From: an uncultured Eubacterium sp.
GTDB lineage: Bacteria > Bacillota > Clostridia > Lachnospirales > Lachnospiraceae
DNA: 64,000 bases
NCBI GenBank assembly: GCA_964462405.1
Contig: CAYWXJ010000001.1
Coordinates: 14,263-78,262, forward strand
Direction of reading: 5' to 3'
Numbering within the stretch: the first letter of the stretch is position 1; each line of letters opens with the position of its first letter. The position numbers and the translations under genes are program-made. This document shows positions 60,120-64,000 of the stretch, in pieces. The notes under the pieces were generated by a model. That model searched no databases. It saw only the letters and a program-made list of their open reading frames with translations, and was not told the origin of the DNA.

Positions 60120-60240
60120 TACAAAGTTTTTACGCTCCCAAAATGAGAATCCCCCCCCGCAGCCTGTATAAATACAAGTCACGAGGGGAGACGAGGGTAT
60201 AGGAGTAAACAAAAAATGTTCAATATATTTAATTTTGTAT

Positions 60241-61086
60241 TTAACCTTTTACTGCACCCATTGCCACACCTTTTGTAATATGCTTATTCAAAAGAATGTA
60301 TACAATAACTGCCGGAGCTGCCGTTAATGCCATAACTGCAAACTGTACTGCATAGTTCGAAGAATACTGTCCGGTAAATTCCAGGACGGAGAACGGAAGT
60401 GTCTTCCACTTTGGCGAGCTCAAATAAGTACTAGCCATCATAAATTCATTCCAGTTATTTAAGAAGGTCATAATTGAAACCGTTGCGATTGAAGATTTCA
60501 ATAATGGTGTAATTATCTGAAACAGAATCCGATAAATTCCGCAGCCGTCCATAACGGCTGCCTCTTCTAATTCCACCGGAATGGAATCCAAAAAACCTGT
60601 CATCAGATACAATGCCTGCGGCAGGGAAAATGCCACATAAGGTATTAAAAGTGCCCAGATAGTATCTGTTATGTTTAACGTATTATATAATTTATAGTTT
60701 GGAAGCAGGGTTGCATGAATCGGAATCATCATTCCTAATAACAGCAGTGTTTTTACAAAACCGCTGAGCTTCCACTGCATTCTATGTACGGCAAATGCAG
60801 CCATAATCGAAATTAGTAAAACAAGAATTACTGCTAATCCGTTAATCAGGACACTGTTTTTTAAATATAGTAAGAAATGTCCGTCTACAAATGCTTTTAC
60901 ATAATTGCCCCATTGGATCTTCTGCGGAATTATCAGAAGTCCATTTGTAAACATTTCATTACTGCTTGCTAACGAGAAATCCACCAGCCAGATAAGCGGA
61001 AATATCTGAATAACTGCCATAAAGCATAAGACGATCCACATCAGAATCCGTCCTACCGGATTTTTTTTCTTTCCTATATGTTCCAT
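60241..61086 (-). CDS. Carbohydrate ABC transporter permease
   Basis: Multiple TM helices; IPVELEEAAVMDG EAA motif; ends GAVKG. Confidence 0.95.
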   Translation of the reverse strand: MEHIGKKKNPVGRILMWIVLCFMAVIQIFPLIWLVDFSLASSNEMFTNGLLIIPQKIQWGNYVKAFVDGHFLLYLKNSVLINGLAVILVLLISIMAAFAVHRMQWKLSGFVKTLLLLGMMIPIHATLLPNYKLYNTLNITDTIWALLIPYVAFSLPQALYLMTGFLDSIPVELEEAAVMDGCGIYRILFQIITPLLKSSIATVSIMTFLNNWNEFMMASTYLSSPKWKTLPFSVLEFTGQYSSNYAVQFAVMALTAAPAVIVYILLNKHITKGVAMGAVKG

Positions 61087-61099
61087 ATATCTCCACCTC

Positions 61100-61975
61100 C
61101 TATGCTGTCTTCTTTTCTTTAAAGATTGTATTTAAGAATACTGTTGCTGCCAGACAGATAATGATAAATATTACACCGATCGCATTACCATAACCATATT
61201 TGAAGGATTTAAATGCCTGCTGGTACAGATAATTAGCTGCAAACTGGGTACTGTTTCCAGGTCCGCCGTTGGTCAGTAAGTATACTGTTTCCATCTGTTT
61301 CAATGCAGAAATTACTGCCATCGTTACATTAATCTGAATTACCGGCTTCATCAAAGGAAGTGTAATTTTTAAAAACGTCTGGGTTGTGGAAGCTCCATCA
61401 ATAGCTGCCGCTTCATAGAGTACCGGATCAATGTTCTTAATACCCGTATAGTAGATCAACATACCCCAACCAAAGCCATGCCAGATCAATACTACTAATA
61501 CCGACCAGATTGCATTGTCTGTGGAGAAGAAGTTAATTGTCCCTTTGTAGCCAAATGCATGAAAAATATTGTTTAAAAGTCCAAAATCCGGATTATATAT
61601 AAATTTCCAAAGATAAGCAATTACTGCTACGGAAATAACATTCGGAATAAAGTATACACACCGGAAAAAGCCTTCCGCTCTTCCCTGCAGTTTATCTAAT
61701 ACCGCTGCAGTAATAATTGCAAGCGGATGCTGAATAAAAATAAATCCAAGTGCAAGTAATAATGAGTTTAATAGTGAACGGCCAAATGCCGCATCATGAA
61801 ACAGTTCTCTGTAATTCTTCAGTCCAATAAAATCAGCCTCTCCCATACCGGAATAATCGGTAAATCCATAGTAAACACTCATACAGATTGGAAGAAATAT
61901 TGCAAACATAAATACCAACAGCCCTGGCAATACAAGACTTAATATGACAGCTTTATTTCCATACAGTTTTTTCAT
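61100..61975 (-). CDS. Carbohydrate ABC transporter permease
   Basis: FIGLKNY, LYEAAAIDGA, LTNGGPG. Confidence 0.95.
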   Translation of the reverse strand: MKKLYGNKAVILSLVLPGLLVFMFAIFLPICMSVYYGFTDYSGMGEADFIGLKNYRELFHDAAFGRSLLNSLLLALGFIFIQHPLAIITAAVLDKLQGRAEGFFRCVYFIPNVISVAVIAYLWKFIYNPDFGLLNNIFHAFGYKGTINFFSTDNAIWSVLVVLIWHGFGWGMLIYYTGIKNIDPVLYEAAAIDGASTTQTFLKITLPLMKPVIQINVTMAVISALKQMETVYLLTNGGPGNSTQFAANYLYQQAFKSFKYGYGNAIGVIFIIICLAATVFLNTIFKEKKTA

Positions 61976-62002
61976 AAAGCCCCTCCATCCTTCCTTTTTT
62001 TT

Positions 62003-62041
62003 GGGAGCTGTGAAGCTGCATACGCCGCAGCTCCACAGTTC
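62003..62041. other. Stem-loop after the solute-binding protein gene (mRNA stabiliser or attenuator)
   Basis: GGAGCTGTGAAGCTGC / GCAGCTCCACAGTTC inverted repeat. Confidence 0.6.
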
Positions 62042-62050
62042 TTTTGTTAA

Positions 62051-63430
62051 TTACTGGCATGCTACTCCAATAGCATCTAAGAAGTCTTCCACTGGTGTTG
62101 TACCATTTGAAACATTCTGAATTTCACTTTCAATTACAGTCTTAAATGCAGATGGGCCGCAATCGTTGATTGGTGTACCGGAAAGATTTGTTGAGCTTGT
62201 CAAAATTTCCATAACCTGTTTCTGAAGCTCTGTCTCTTCTCCTGTCATATAAGGAGTCTGATCCTGTGCAGAAAGTCCTACGCCATTCTCCCATCCATAT
62301 TTGGATAATTTATCCGGCTGATACATAAAGTTTAAGAATTTAATTGCTTCTTCTTTGTGCTCAGAACCTTCCGATACTGCATATCCGCCGCCGTTCCATG
62401 CTGCAATATCTGTAGCTTTTGCTGCTCCGCCTTCAACTGTAGGCATTGTGAATACACGGACATTTGTACGGATGTCTTCCGGAATATCTTCATTTGTTGC
62501 CATAGAAGTCTCCCAGGAACCCATGTAGAACATAGCTGCCTGACCATTTGTAAACAGGTTCATAGCTGTTCCGTAATCCTGTGAATCATATCCTGTCTGG
62601 AATAATCCAGCGTTTGCTGCATCTACTAATAACTGAGTTGCCTCTGCAAATACCGGGTCAGAGAAATCTCCTGATGAAACTGCTTCTGAAATCTTGCCGC
62701 TGATTGATGAGCCTTCGATCTTATAAGCAAGGTCTGACAGGTAAACAGCCATTGGCCATCCGTCTCCGCCGTCCATAGCTACCGGTGTAATTCCTGCTGC
62801 GTTGATCTTATCGGCTAATTCTAACAATTCATCATATGTAGACGGAATCTCCCAGCCATTGTCTTCAAACATTTTCTGGTTGTAATAGAATACTGCAATA
62901 TCTGTGTTTCTTGGAAGTCCGTATAATTTACCGTCTTTCTTGAATCCTTCTAAAGATCCCTCTACAAAAGTATAATCGGAATAATCTTCTTCATTTAATT
63001 CTGCAAGCACGCCTGCCTCTAATACTTCGTCTAAGAATGCTGGCTGTCCCCAGATATTTACGACATCCGGCAGCTCATCCATAGAGTATGCTTTGAATTT
63101 TGTCTTGTAGGATTCCTCATCTAATGCTTCTACTTCGATTGTTACATTTGGGTTCTCTGCCATGTATTCATCAATAATCATCTGCTCTACAAGACCCTGT
63201 CCGTTCTTACGATCCGGAAGATTTGAGAATAACTTTAAGGTAATTGGTTCTGCTGAATCGTCTGTTGTTTCAGCATCTGTATCCTCTGCTGTATCCGTTG
63301 TATCTGCTGTATCTGTTGTATCTGTTGTGTCTGCTGCAGAAGAAGTATCTGCTTCGCTGCTTCCGCATCCAGCAAAAAGGCTTGCCGCCATAACGGCTGT
63401 CATCATTGTTGCTACTAATTTTCTCTTCAT
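62051..63430 (-). CDS. Carbohydrate ABC transporter solute-binding lipoprotein
   Basis: Lipobox FAGC, Thr/Asp linker, DGKLYGLP, YYNQKMF, FTNGQAAM..GSW. Confidence 0.94.
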   Translation of the reverse strand: MKRKLVATMMTAVMAASLFAGCGSSEADTSSAADTTDTTDTADTTDTAEDTDAETTDDSAEPITLKLFSNLPDRKNGQGLVEQMIIDEYMAENPNVTIEVEALDEESYKTKFKAYSMDELPDVVNIWGQPAFLDEVLEAGVLAELNEEDYSDYTFVEGSLEGFKKDGKLYGLPRNTDIAVFYYNQKMFEDNGWEIPSTYDELLELADKINAAGITPVAMDGGDGWPMAVYLSDLAYKIEGSSISGKISEAVSSGDFSDPVFAEATQLLVDAANAGLFQTGYDSQDYGTAMNLFTNGQAAMFYMGSWETSMATNEDIPEDIRTNVRVFTMPTVEGGAAKATDIAAWNGGGYAVSEGSEHKEEAIKFLNFMYQPDKLSKYGWENGVGLSAQDQTPYMTGEETELQKQVMEILTSSTNLSGTPINDCGPSAFKTVIESEIQNVSNGTTPVEDFLDAIGVACQ

Positions 63431-63501
63431 GAAAAAATCCTCCCTTGTTTTATTTGTTGTTTTCTTTTGATAAATAAATTATAGCATCATGAAGACTTTA
63501 T

Positions 63502-63536
63502 AGAAGTTATCAGAGTTTTAAAATAGTGTAATATTT
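63502..63536 (-). promoter_or_regulatory. Conserved 35-bp upstream box, copy C
   Basis: AAATATTACACTATTTTAAAACTCTGATAACTTCT, 18 nt before TATAAT (63483-63478). Confidence 0.55.
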
Positions 63537-64000
63537 TCGAATTCTCCATTTCTGTATTCTTTTGGGGAAACGCCGACGATTTTCTTAAATACCTTAGAGA
63601 AATACTTTTCATCGCGAAAGCCTACTTTAAAGGCGATTTCATAGGTCTTTAAGTAATTCTGCTGCAAATATGCACAGGCATGATGAATCCTAACCTGATT
63701 CAGATAATCCGTAAACCCGCAGCCCATATTTTTTGAAAACAGCGTAGACAAATACCCCGGTGTAATCCCAATTATATCCGCCACCTGTATCTGACTGATA
63801 TTCTCATAGTAATGTTCATCTATGTATTCCTTTGCTCTGCCGATCAAATTTGTCTTTTCTGCCGGATTACTTACCGGTTTAGAAGCCTCTTCCTTGATAT
63901 GCAGCTCATCTGCCACTTCCTCTATGCGTTTTAAAATATCTGAAGAACGGCTGGGTTTTAACAGATAATCTCTTGCACCCTGCCGGATAGCCTCCTGCGC
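63518..64000 (-). CDS. AraC-family two-component response regulator (YesN-like), 5' end outside window
   Basis: End of receiver domain AQEAIRQGARDYLLKP in frame from 64000; AraC HTH YLSTLF...EIAFKVGF.D.KYFSKVFKK..GVSPKEYR. Confidence 0.93.
   Translation of the reverse strand, partial: AQEAIRQGARDYLLKPSRSSDILKRIEEVADELHIKEEASKPVSNPAEKTNLIGRAKEYIDEHYYENISQIQVADIIGITPGYLSTLFSKNMGCGFTDYLNQVRIHHACAYLQQNYLKTYEIAFKVGFRDEKYFSKVFKKIVGVSPKEYRNGEFENITLF

Noticed and set aside
60151-60158. C8 run in a host intergenic region
   Set aside because: Non-coding, appears to be one arm of a hairpin after the permease genes, and is outside the predicted promoter spacer

Overview
Two parts. (1) 1-~38299 is the right-hand ~38 kb of a temperate, contractile-tailed prophage whose structural gene order resembles Bacillus PBSX/skin (xkd/yqb-type). 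On the - strand it carries baseplate, tail, head, packaging, replication and nucleotide-metabolism genes. On the + strand it carries a repressor, an HNH nuclease and a large serine integrase. It is inserted at the exact 3' end of the host tmRNA gene. (2) 38300-64000 is host chromosome of a Clostridia/Lachnospiraceae-like Firmicute: ssrA, smpB, rnr, secG, eno, pfkB, then a beta-1,3/1,6-glucan utilisation locus (GH3+GH30, GH128, GH55, sugar ABC transporter, AraC-type response regulator). Most notable observations: an ADP-ribosyltransferase plus partner cassette between portal and minor capsid that is out of frame at a G8 tract; a second G10 tract at the start of the HNH nuclease; three copies of a palindromic element with a fixed 32-nt spacer, two of which bracket a small gene like a cassette; an integrase whose C-terminus is encoded by the antisense strand of the tmRNA; and a conserved 35-bp promoter box shared across the glucan locus. 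All family assignments come from motif recognition by eye; no database searches were run.
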